Position numbers and translations under genes: made by a program
Source: an uncultured Nitrososphaerales archaeon
GTDB lineage: Archaea; Thermoproteota; Nitrososphaeria; Nitrososphaerales; Nitrososphaeraceae
Assembly: GCA_963709405.1 (NCBI GenBank)
Contig: CAVPXM010000078.1
Span: 1-23,261 of the forward strand
DNA length: 23,261 nucleotides
Direction: 5' to 3'
Shown: positions 9,562 through 18,743 of the stretch, one piece after another
Numbering within the stretch: the first letter of the stretch is position 1
How the letters are laid out: the number at the start of each line of letters is the position of its first letter
Notes under the pieces: model-generated
Seen by the model: only the letters and a program-made list of their open reading frames with translations
What the model was told of the DNA's origin: nothing
Database searches by the model: none

Positions 9562-10782
9562 TTGGATTTGGGCTTTACGATAATCAACTCTATTCTCGGG
9601 GTAATTATGGCTGAATTTTGGGCACATGGGTATATCTTTTCCTGTATTCTTTGAAATCCTTCAGGAGATCTCCTGTGTTAATTAAAGTTGCCATTTCTCC
9701 GCTAGTTGAATACCCTAAAGTGAGTATTATTGTACCAGCCTTAATGAAGAGCATTACATTGCAAGATGTCTTGATAGTTTGGGAAAGCAAGACTATCCTA
9801 ATTTTGAAATCATTGCTATAAATGATTCTTCTACAGACCGGACTGGAGAAATTATGGATCAATACTCCAAGAATAATCGTAGGGTTGTTGTATTACATAT
9901 TGGCCCGGCACCTGACGGCTGGGTAGGAAAGAATTGGGCATGCTATCAAGGGTATCTTAGGTCTAGTGGTGATATTTTGTTATTTACCGATGCTGATACT
10001 GTTCATAGCTCTCAATTAATGACCAGAGCGGTTACAGTGTTGATGGTGCAGAAATTAAAGGCTTTAACTATTGTTCCAAGACTGATGTGCAATGATGTCT
10101 GGACAAGAATTACCGTACCAATGCTATCAATTTTTCTGCATACTAGGTTTTCTGCACTCCGAGTTAATGATCCTAATACAAGGATCGGCTACTTCTTTGG
10201 GAGTTTCTTTCTAATTACTAGAAAAACATACGAAAAAATTGGCACTCACGAGGGCGTAAAGCAGGAACTCATAGAGGACGGGGCTCTAGGAAGTAAGGTC
10301 AAGCTAGGAAAATTTGAAATGAAAATGTTTCGTGGGGAGAGTGAAATCAAAGCAGTATGGGCTAGAGACATGAAGACCTTGTGGAACGGATTGCGAAGAT
10401 TGATGATTCCTATGTATTCACAACATAAAAACCAGACCATCTTGTTGACGGTTGCAATCTTTTTTTTGCTAATTGAACCGTTTATTATATTGCCCTACAC
10501 GTTATTGCTGCTTTTTTTTTATTACAGTTTAGCAAATTTGTTTCTTTTTATCTTAATTTTTTTAAATCTGGGAACAATTTCTTTGATAATCATGACAGAT
10601 GCAATCCAATTAAAATTTGGCATTCATGAGAAAGCAATTTATGCTCTCGCTTCGCCTTTAGGTGGTGTTGTCATATCTACGTCATTTATCTCATCTACTT
10701 TAGATGCAAACAAGAGAAATGCAGTTAATTGGCGCCGGCAGAAGAATACACAGTGAACAGAGATCAACACCCGATTAGTTAA
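9562..10782 (+). CDS. membrane-bound glycosyltransferase family 2 (frameshifts near both ends)
   Basis: PKVSIIVPA, INDSSTDRT, GWVGKNWAC, FTDAD, IEDGALG; C-terminal TM helices; W-R-G-R-E-Y-like terminal motif after frame correction. Confidence 0.88.
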
Positions 10783-10918
10783 TAACGCTGTCTTCTCCGT
10801 TATAGAATACATGAACACCAAATGAACGGACAACCAAACTTAAATGACACCGTTTTAATACATGTCAGTACATTTTCTAGCTAATTATTAATAATGAGTT
10901 AGGTTATAAGATTTAAAG

Positions 10919-12102
10919 ATGCTTTCGTGTACTGCTGAAAGAGAGATGGGTGAAGTCTTGGCCAAGTGTGTAGAAGGGAAATCGATCTCGAGGACAGAGG
11001 CCTATCAACTCCTCAATTCTGAGAATACACATTCGCTTTTACTGACAGCAAAATCAATTAGAAACCGGTTCAAACCAGGCCCGATTACCTACTCACCTAA
11101 AATTTTTATAAATTTGATTAACTTGTGCCGTGACACATGTTCCTATTGTACATCTACAAAAAGGAGCCTACTGACAAGTTCGTGTCGATGATGAGCAGAG
11201 AGCAAGTGCTCTCAATCGCTAAGAGAGGCAAAAGAATGCACTGCGCAGAAGCCCTTGTTGTAACAGGCGAAAGACCAGAAGTAAGATATCAACAAGCAAG
11301 GGCATGGCTCAAATCCCTTGGTCATTCCTCAGTTGTAGACTATATTCGAGAAGTAAGTGAGATGATCCTTGGCACGACTGGATTGTTACCACACACCAAT
11401 GCAGGTTGTCTTACAAAAAAAGAGATGTCCACCTTAAAGGATACGAATGTGAGTCTTGGTCTCATGTTAGAGTCAACAAGTGAGAGGCTACTCGAAAGAG
11501 GAATGCCTCATGAAATGGCTCCGAGTAAGAATCCAAAATTGAGGATAAAGACCATTCAAAATGCAGGAGAACTGAGAATTCCAATGACGACTGGATTGCT
11601 AGTTGGTATAGGTGAAAGTTCTGAAGAGCTAATTGATTCATTGTTTGTAATTAAGGAGATTCAAAGCAAGTTTGGTCATCTTCAAGAAGTAATCATGCAG
11701 AATTTTTCACCAAAGGTAAATACTCCGATGGCCGAGCTTGATAGCCCTCCACACTCTTATTTTATAAAATGTGTGGCAATTGCACGGCTAATCATGAACG
11801 ACATGAATATTCAAGTCCCGCCTAATCTCAATCGAGGTTGTCTTGGAAGTTTCATAGACGCAGGTATTAATGATTGGGGAGGGATTTCTCCGGTTACCAT
11901 CGACTACGTCAATCCAGAATGCGCTTGGCCAGATATCGAACTAATTCGGAGCATTACCATGAAAAAGGGTCACGGTTTTAGAGCCCGGTTACCGGTTTAT
12001 CCAGAATTTCTAGACAAGTCTTTGGGTTTCGTTCCTGAAGGTTTGAGAGCTTACATTGATCCATTGATAGATGATTCAGGACTGATTAAGGAGTGTGTGT
12101 AA
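10919..12102 (+). CDS. cofG: FO synthase subunit CofG (radical SAM; F420 biosynthesis), frameshift near 11150
   Basis: ITYSPKIFINLINLCRDTCSYC, GERP, GLLPHTNAG, LMLES, TTGLLVGIGE, QVPPNL, GINDWGGISPVTIDYVNPE..WP. Confidence 0.93.
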
Positions 12103-13355
12103 AATTGAATCTAGATGTCATTTTCAAAAATATAGATCCCGTAATTTCTACTATATTGAATAAGGCGCTAAGTCATAAGGAAATTTCCGTGAAGGACGCG
12201 GTGGAGCTATTCGACACGAAATCGACAGAGATGGCCATGGTCTCACTTGTCGCAGATGATCTCAGACGGCAAAAGGTTGGAGACTGTGTTACTTACGTAG
12301 TTAATAGAAATATCAATTTTAGCAATGTATGTATAAAGAAATGTGGCTTCTGTGCTTTCAGCAGAGACTTTAGAGAAGAGGAGGGGTATTTTCTACCTTT
12401 AGAGGAAGTCGTAAGGAGAGCAAAAGAGGCATGGCTGCTTGGAGCAACTGAGGTATGTATACAGGCAGGCTTGCCACCCAAGATGGATGGAGATCTGTAT
12501 GTAAACATATGTAAGGCCATAAAAAAGGAGCTCCCGGACATACACATACATGCATTTTCTCCAGAAGAGGTTCTTTATGGTGCGATCAGGTCTGAAGTAA
12601 GTGTTGGAGAATATCTAAAAAGGCTAAAAGAAGCTGGAGTAGGAAGCCTGCCTGGAACCGCAGCAGAAATTTTGGACCAGGAATTGCGACAGATTATTTC
12701 ACCTGGTAGAATATCAGTGGAGGACTGGATAAACGTGATTAGGTCAGCACATTCTATGAACATTCCGACTACCTCGACTATTATGTTTGGGCATATAGAG
12801 ACTTCGCTACATAAGGCCAGACACCTGGAAACCCTAAGAGAATTACAAAAGGCAAAACATGGATTTACAGAATTTGTTCCACTAAGTTTTGTGCACCACG
12901 AGGCACCAATGTTCAATTTTGGTTTGGTGCAAAACATGCGGCCTGGACCTGACGGAAACGAAATAATCAAGATGCATGCTATTTCCAGAATAATGCTTGA
13001 TGGATTAATCGATAATATTCAGGTTTCATGGGTAAAGGAAGGTCCACGTATGTCCCAGTTGCTACTTGATTGTGGGGTAAACGATTTCGGAGGAACATTG
13101 ATGAATGAAAGTATTTCAACAGCTGCAGGTGCTCAGCATGGACAACTTATGAAGCCTAAGCAAATACAAACTATTATTCGCTCTGCGGGAAGGGTTCCGG
13201 CTCAAAGATCCACCCTATACAACTTAATAAGTTCAACGGTAGAAGTAAACGATCCTAATGCCAATACCCTTGACAACATCGATCCTACAAATTTCGGTTC
13301 GTATCATGAATTGATCAAACTAGATAAATTCAGATACCATTCAATAAAAAGGTAG
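12093..13355 (+). CDS. cofH: FO synthase subunit CofH (radical SAM)
   Basis: TYVVNRNINFSNVCIKKCGFCAF, GSLPGTAAEILD, TTSTIMFGH, GFTEFVPLSF, NIQVSWVKEG, NDFGGTLMNESI; abuts cofG. True start may be a TTG a few codons downstream. Confidence 0.95.
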   Translation: MCVKLNLDVIFKNIDPVISTILNKALSHKEISVKDAVELFDTKSTEMAMVSLVADDLRRQKVGDCVTYVVNRNINFSNVCIKKCGFCAFSRDFREEEGYFLPLEEVVRRAKEAWLLGATEVCIQAGLPPKMDGDLYVNICKAIKKELPDIHIHAFSPEEVLYGAIRSEVSVGEYLKRLKEAGVGSLPGTAAEILDQELRQIISPGRISVEDWINVIRSAHSMNIPTTSTIMFGHIETSLHKARHLETLRELQKAKHGFTEFVPLSFVHHEAPMFNFGLVQNMRPGPDGNEIIKMHAISRIMLDGLIDNIQVSWVKEGPRMSQLLLDCGVNDFGGTLMNESISTAAGAQHGQLMKPKQIQTIIRSAGRVPAQRSTLYNLISSTVEVNDPNANTLDNIDPTNFGSYHELIKLDKFRYHSIKR

Positions 13356-13489
13356 ATCGCTTTTCCTTATAATTAAATAAATTGAGCTTGCTAACTAATA
13401 TGAAGGCTAGGTAAAGACGAGTACCTGTAGAGATAGATGGTGAACTGGTAACCTTTAAGAGTGATGAGTTAGGACTTCCTACAAAGTAG

Positions 13490-15232
13490 ATGGAGTCTTC
13501 AGTTGCGCTGATGTCCCATAAGTGGCGTACATTACAACATAATGGTGTTGCATTTCCACCTTATTATGAACCAAAGGGATTGAGCATATACATTAAAGGC
13601 GAAAAGGTAATGCTCAGTCCTGATCAAGAAGAATTAGTTTATGCATGGGCAAAAAAGAAGGATACACACTACGTTAGGGATTCAGTTTTTCAACTGAATT
13701 TTCTCGCAGATTTCAAGAAATTGATGCCAGAGAGATTTAAGGAAATCAGTAGTATTAGCGAGATTAGTTTTGAGGGTCCCTGGGCTTTAGTAGATAAAGA
13801 AAGGAAATTCAAAGAACAAGAAATTGAGAGAATTCGCGGTCTAAGTCGTGACGATAAAAAGAGGATAGCTCTTGCAAAAAAGGCAGAACGAGAAAGATTA
13901 AAATGCATTTTTGGCAAGGCAGTTGTCGATGGATCAGAAGTGGACATAGCTAATTGGCTGGTGGAGCCTCCAGGTATATTTATGGGTAGAGGACAGCATC
14001 CATTGCGTGGTAGATGGAAACCACGAGTTAGACCAGAAGATGTGATTCTTAACCTAGGTGAGGATGCATCAGTACCTGAAGGAGCCTGGCAAAAAATAGT
14101 TCACGATCATGCTTCCACATGGTTGGCTACGTGGATTGAAGTATTGACCGGTAAAAGAAAGTATGTCTGGCTTCATGATTCTTCGACACTTAGACAAAAT
14201 AATGACAGAGAAAAATATGACAAAGCGTATAGACTGGGAAATCACATCGGCAAGATTGAAAAGGAAATCATAGATAGGATGCTAACTGCACGTGATTTAA
14301 ATCATAGAAAGCTTGCAACAGTCTGCTATCTAATCTCAAAGCTTGCAATGAGGGTCGGAGATGAAAAGGATCCTGAGGAGGCAGATACCGTAGGCGCATC
14401 GACTCTGCGCGTCGAACATATTAAATTTCCAGAAGTAAATGGAGTACAATTTATCGAGTTCAATTTTTTGGGTAAGGATAGTGTTCCGTGGCAGAAAACC
14501 CTTGAAGTGAAGTCAAAAGATATGCAGGGACTACACAAGAATCTGCGACTCTTTATGGATGGCAAGCAGCAAGGAGATCAGATTTTTGACGGAATAACTT
14601 CAAATAAGGTAAATTCTTTCCTGCGAACGCTTGATAGCAAAAGTGTGCCAGCTCTCACCGCAAAGGTGTTCAGAACATATATTACTACAAAAACAGTGAA
14701 AGAGGCTCTGGCTAATTCTTCAATAAACATTAGTACCCAAACCTCGGAGTCACAAAAGATATACATTGCCAAGATGGCAAATCTGAAAGCAGCAATTACT
14801 TGCAATCACAAAAAGGGAATAGATCCCAATAACCCGGCCAGCAAAAAAGCATTAGAAAGATTTGAAATTTCTATAAAATCGAAGGAAGATTCTATCAATA
14901 GAGTCACTGACGACATCGCTGCTAAGAAATGGAAGACTGATCTTCAGAAGAAGAGGTTGGAGAGCCGATTAGAAAGGATACAAGTTCAACTAAAGCTTCA
15001 GAAAGAAACTCGTGATTATAACCTAGGTACTTCTCTGAGAAACTACATTGATCCGCGTGTGATGCGAGCGTGGTTTGAATACGTACAACTTGATTGGAAG
15101 AAAATCTATACAGCAACCTTGCAACGAAAGTTTAGATGGGTAGATGATTACTCTGCCTATGAATTAAGACGTTTTTATCCAGGTAAAGATCAAGGAAAAA
15201 ATGGGATCTCAGTAGTTCATGAAGAAAGTTGA
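13490..15232 (+). CDS. top1: DNA topoisomerase IB (eukaryote-like, Thaumarchaeota type)
   Basis: KWRTLQHNG.FP, EPPGIFMGRGQHPLRG, and catalytic residues in MRVG, GKD, KVFRT, CNH and TSLRNYIDPR; intact 580 aa. Confidence 0.96.
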   Translation: MESSVALMSHKWRTLQHNGVAFPPYYEPKGLSIYIKGEKVMLSPDQEELVYAWAKKKDTHYVRDSVFQLNFLADFKKLMPERFKEISSISEISFEGPWALVDKERKFKEQEIERIRGLSRDDKKRIALAKKAERERLKCIFGKAVVDGSEVDIANWLVEPPGIFMGRGQHPLRGRWKPRVRPEDVILNLGEDASVPEGAWQKIVHDHASTWLATWIEVLTGKRKYVWLHDSSTLRQNNDREKYDKAYRLGNHIGKIEKEIIDRMLTARDLNHRKLATVCYLISKLAMRVGDEKDPEEADTVGASTLRVEHIKFPEVNGVQFIEFNFLGKDSVPWQKTLEVKSKDMQGLHKNLRLFMDGKQQGDQIFDGITSNKVNSFLRTLDSKSVPALTAKVFRTYITTKTVKEALANSSINISTQTSESQKIYIAKMANLKAAITCNHKKGIDPNNPASKKALERFEISIKSKEDSINRVTDDIAAKKWKTDLQKKRLESRLERIQVQLKLQKETRDYNLGTSLRNYIDPRVMRAWFEYVQLDWKKIYTATLQRKFRWVDDYSAYELRRFYPGKDQGKNGISVVHEES

Positions 15233-15587
15233 CTGAGGAAGGGCAATCTCAATCCCCGATCTTGATCCAGACGATAGCATTAGGGTATTGCCAATTATGG
15301 TCTATGCGCAGAAAGGAAACATTAATCAGGTCAAATGGCTCATTATTATGGAGCTAAATGAAACACTTGTAGACCTTAGAAAGGTAACGATTTACTAGAT
15401 ACTACCACCAAATTCGACACAAGATTTAACATGAATGCGCATCATTAAATTTAGGGATCATTATGTATATAAAGACAAGAACGACCTACCTTAGCTGACA
15501 ATTTTAGGGAGCAATTTGACTCAGTAAAGGCCAAAGTTATATCAATGGGCTAGGCACAAGGATTTGGTTCTTATAAAAAGTACATCA

Positions 15588-15595
15588 TGTGTTTG
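15588..15595. repeat. 8-bp target-site duplication, left copy (TGTGTTTG)
   Basis: Immediately left of the left TIR; identical to 18131-18138. Confidence 0.92.
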
Positions 15596-15612
15596 GGCTC
15601 TGTAAAGTTAAG
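15596..15612 (+). repeat. left terminal inverted repeat (IS6-type)
   Basis: GGCTCTGTAAAGTTAAG, exact reverse complement of 18114-18130. Confidence 0.93.
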
Positions 15613-15647
15613 GAAAAATCTATAGCTTTATGACTCCGATATAGGTT

Positions 15648-15824
15648 ATGATGTGTCAAATAAGAAAGAGAACAGAACCTGAGGATATAGCATATTCTCT
15701 GTATCTGTATTTCCTTGGTCTTTCATTAAGAAATCCTTCCAAAGCTGTGTCTAGATTTGTTAAAAGAAGTCATACTGCCATCAGATTATACTGTGGTATG
15801 ACAATTTTTACCCCCACGTGTTAA
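15648..15824 (+). pseudogene. IS6-family transposase, N-terminal HTH fragment only
   Basis: MMCQIRKRTEPEDIAYSLYLYFLGLSLRNPSKAVSRFVKRSHTAIR resembles archaeal IS6 N-termini (LYF.GLSLR....L...KRSH.AI..W); similarity lost after ~15786; no DDE domain seen. Confidence 0.8.
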
Positions 15825-15951
15825 TTATTTTTTTATTGAACCAGAGTCTACATATATTTTTCATCATAATTCAGACGTATAATTGAGGATATAACTTGGG
15901 TTGAGATGACTATCAATAAAGACAATATTAGATTCGCTCGTAAATCATGTT

Positions 15952-16194
15952 TTGGACAGGTACATTTACGGACCGATAATAGAGCACGCTCGTGGTATGA
16001 AATATGAAACTGATGAAGAACGTCATACCTATGATAGTAAAGACAATGCCATTTACAAATTCGATATGTATGGCATTGCGAAACAAATGGTCGATGAAGC
16101 GATCAGAAAATTCGAGTACCAAGAAAGAATGATATGGCGTCCAAAACTGAATACTTGGAGAGGAAAGGATGATGGTTACGTCTATATAGAATAG
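15952..16194 (+). CDS. hypothetical protein (cargo; 5' end possibly truncated or frameshifted)
   Basis: 80-aa ORF with natural-looking composition; the frame stays open to ~15910 without a good start codon. Confidence 0.5.
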   Translation: MDRYIYGPIIEHARGMKYETDEERHTYDSKDNAIYKFDMYGIAKQMVDEAIRKFEYQERMIWRPKLNTWRGKDDGYVYIE

Positions 16195-16274
16195 TAGCTA
16201 GTTAGTTCAGTCGACTAATCTGCTTATCCTTTTAACCATTTATCTGCCATAATAATAGTATCAGATGTCCCAAT

Positions 16275-16354
16275 CTTTCCAGGATGTCTTAGTATTCGTG
16301 GCTCTAGTCTTTTTTGGTATCAGCTCGAAATATACCGCGGTGATAGCATTCAAA
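16275..16354 (-). pseudogene. degenerate C2H2-like Zn-finger fragment
   Basis: FECYHRGIFRADTKKD/..RILRHPGK across a frameshift resembles CY.C....D...H....HPGK tails of Nitrososphaerales hypothetical proteins (recalled pattern, not searched). Confidence 0.3.
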
Positions 16355-16472
16355 CCTAAACTGCTACTGTTGATTTTGTTCTTGTTACTGCTGCCTTACT
16401 ATAGTAGTCTTTATAATATTTTCAGCTAATTTAATATAGCCTCCCAAAGGATTTAACCGATTTGATGGTTAT

Positions 16473-16703
16473 TTGGGGAAATCTTCTTTCTCTCTATACA
16501 CGAAAGGACAAGAATCATCCGCCCAAGTAAATCCAGAAGCGATAGACAATAAAGAAAGGACCAATACACAAAATCAGCCAATTAGTAATCCAGTAGCATC
16601 CATAGCTGATGAGTTATCTAAACTTGCAAAATTAAGGGATCAAGGAGTAATTACAGAAGCAGAATTTGTACAGATGAAAGGCAATCTAATAAAGAGAACG
16701 TAG
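16473..16703 (+). CDS. SHOCT domain-containing short protein or C-terminal fragment
   Basis: SIADELSKLAKLRDQGVITEAEFVQMKGNLI is a canonical SHOCT motif; there is no N-terminal domain. Confidence 0.75.
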   Translation: MGKSSFSLYTKGQESSAQVNPEAIDNKERTNTQNQPISNPVASIADELSKLAKLRDQGVITEAEFVQMKGNLIKRT

Positions 16704-17088
16704 ATGAGAGATTGCATTTAAAAACCACTTCACAACGATCTTTTACGTTCAGTCAAGTCAGGAATTTCTTATCATATGTTTAATTCTACAATAGAAAGAT
16801 ATCTTCTTCTATTATACAGACATAGATCGTTCTTTTCTAAATGAAATCACCTTCAGCGTAAATAGTACAACCAATGTTGGAATGCGCTATTAGTAATAAT
16901 ATCATTAATTAGACAAGAAAAAGAAGAATTTCATTGCGGAATATAACATATTTTAACTCGAAAGACCCCAAAAGTAGCCTGCTATGCTCAGAAAATCTAA
17001 TAACTCATCTTTGTTAATAGTTACTGCCCCCGTGGGTGTTGGTATTTTTTTATATTCCTTGATTACGCGGTCTGCCCAGTGATTGTCT

Positions 17089-17304
17089 TCAAGAGATCCT
17101 AAAGCCTCCACGCGATGGCTGTCTCTGAGAGGCCGTTACGAAATCATATCTTTCCGTTGGTAACAATTCTTCTGCTTTGAGATATACTTCACCATGACCG
17201 ATCCAATAATTGACGAGGTCTACCAAACACCGGAATGATGTATGGTGCAACGCCTTTCTCTTGTCTTCGGTTACCCTCATGACCATTTCAGCATCGCAGA
17301 CATG
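17089..17304 (-). other. open frame of unknown origin fused in-frame to the integrase tail
   Basis: After CPN the ORF continues HVCDAEMVMRVTEDKRKALHH... and no longer resembles the integrase Zn ribbon. Confidence 0.35.
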
Positions 17305-17530
17305 ATTAGGACAGTTCTTTGGTTTCAACAGACCTGCAAATTTATCTTGGTCTGTCGCTACCAATCCATAGGCTTGTAATAGTGATTTTCAAGATTCATT
17401 ACCATAAGAGTGAAGATATATTTGCGGCATCATACTATTAGCAGTCCATCCGGCGTGCTGACGAAGGGTGTGCTCTTTCAATATCTGAGCCTTCTTTGTT
17501 AATGCCGAATGTCTATGGATATGTGTTATG
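17305..17530 (-). pseudogene. tyrosine recombinase / integrase C-terminal fragment
   Basis: Manual translation (H)IHRHSALTKKAQILKEHTLRQHAGWTANSMMPQIYLHSYGNES*KSLLQAYGLVATDQDKFAGLLKPKNCPN: RH, GW and catalytic Y motifs plus the start of a Zn ribbon; internal TGA; N-terminal part missing. Confidence 0.8.
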
Positions 17531-17654
17531 AATGTTGGAGTTATAAAGATGCCAGTACGCCTGAAGGAACCTACAGATTAGACAATACATTACCTCATTT
17601 GCTATCTTGTACTCTTTCAATCAATACTGTTGGCTGCCGAGCTAGTATGTTACT

Positions 17655-17843
17655 ATGTCCAAATTTCGAGTAATGATGACGATAAGTTCGGGTGACACCT
17701 CGTGGGTACTCATTTCCACCGGACTGGTACTGCTAATGGTTCCTGCTTTAGGTTTTTTTGAGGCTAGAAAAATAGAAGAAAGGACCAATACACAAATAGA
17801 AAAAACTGCTAGGCAAACGATTGAGACATTTCTGACATCATGA
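17655..17843 (+). pseudogene. amt: ammonium transporter (Amt) N-terminal fragment fused to an unrelated tail (chimeric 62-aa ORF)
   Basis: MTISSGDTSWVLISTGLVLLMVPALGFFEA matches the Amt TM1 consensus (D.GDTAW.L....LVLLM.P.L..FE.G); similarity ends at ~17764. Confidence 0.8.
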
Positions 17844-18113
17844 TATATTCCATGTTATCTTTTGAATCGACGCAATAGTTCATACAATTCCTGATCCTTA
17901 TGTCTCAGTGTCTCTTCACTTTGAGATCTTCCTAAGCGATCTTCTGATATTATTATATTACCACTGTTAATGATGATAGTAATTCTTCCCTTTGAACTAA
18001 ATATCCAAGCTATTCACAATATCTCCTTTTTGAACTAGTTTATATTCCTCTGCATGTTTACCGCAGAATTTGAGTATACAGTGAAATGGCTCATTATAAC
18101 AATAATTTGTTAT

Positions 18114-18130
18114 CTTAACTTTACAGAGCC
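18114..18130 (-). repeat. right terminal inverted repeat (IS6-type)
   Basis: CTTAACTTTACAGAGCC, exact reverse complement of 15596-15612. Confidence 0.93.
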
Positions 18131-18138
18131 TGTGTTTG
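18131..18138. repeat. 8-bp target-site duplication, right copy (TGTGTTTG)
   Basis: Immediately right of the right TIR; identical to 15588-15595. Confidence 0.92.
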
Positions 18139-18156
18139 AAATGATTATTATATATA
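18138..18156 (+). promoter_or_regulatory. probable BRE/TATA promoter of tRNA-Met
   Basis: Purine-rich GAAATG followed by TTATATATA about 40 nt upstream of the mature tRNA 5' end. Confidence 0.5.
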
Positions 18157-18195
18157 CTAGAAAGGAATTCTCTTAGCAAATGGCCTCTGAGCATT

Positions 18196-18270
18196 GCCGG
18201 GGTAGCTCAGCATGGCCAGAGCGTTCGACTCATAATCGAAAGGTCGCGGGCTCAAGTCCCGCCCCCGGCA
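18196..18270 (+). tRNA. tRNA-Met(CAT), elongator type, no intron
   Basis: Cloverleaf: acceptor GCCGGGG/CCCCGGC + A, anticodon arm TTCGA-CTCATAA-TCGAA, T arm GCGGG-CTCAAGT-CCCGC. The GCCGGGG start fits elongator Met rather than initiator or Ile2. Confidence 0.93.
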
Positions 18271-18743
18271 CTAGATCCTTGGATTATATTAAGAAGACGG
18301 ATGCTTCTATGAATGCAAGCGAAAAATCTGGCGCTTTTCATTGACCATTTATAAATTGAGTTAAGTATGTCGAGATCATTAAATTGGTTTTTGAATGAAT
18401 CTGAAATAATTCAATTTAAATCCCTCAACGTAATAGCAGTCGATATCTACTAAAAGTAACTGTCACGAGATAGGTCTCCGATATTACATCGAATTCGAGG
18501 TCATTCCCCTGACATTCACCAATATTGCATGGCTATCTTCCTAATCTTCCATTACATTATGCACATGATTTGAAAAGGTGCATTCAAGAAGATTGTGAAA
18601 AAAATTTTAATATATATATAAATGAAGTAAATTACTAAAGGATCCTAACTTTTGATATGCCAGCAAAGATTTCAAAATGAGAATATCTTCTATCTAGCAC
18701 TTATAGACTAAAGGTTTTTCCCTGGCATGTTCTTTCTAGGTAA

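Larger units (their letters stand above)
15596..18130 (+). mobile_element. non-autonomous IS6-family-derived element, 2,535 bp, carrying gene-fragment cargo
   Basis: Perfect 17-bp terminal inverted repeats GGCTCTGTAAAGTTAAG / CTTAACTTTACAGAGCC, 8-bp direct repeat on both flanks, 5' stub of an IS6 transposase just inside the left end. Confidence 0.88.

Noticed and set aside
9562-13355. GT2 + cofGH as a novel deazaflavin glycosylation pathway
   Set aside because: The GT2 is a membrane lipid-type enzyme separated from cofG by an AT-rich spacer that could hold its own promoter; adjacency alone is not evidence.
15805-17056. Similar CCCCC...TGTT...TATTTTTT motifs at ~15810 and ~17027
   Set aside because: Low-complexity and gapped match; probably terminator-like T tracts.
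18196-18270. tRNA-Met 3' end as the att site of an integrated element explaining the integrase remnant
   Set aside because: No duplicated tRNA segment seen in the window; the remnant lies upstream of the tRNA, inside the TIR-bounded unit.
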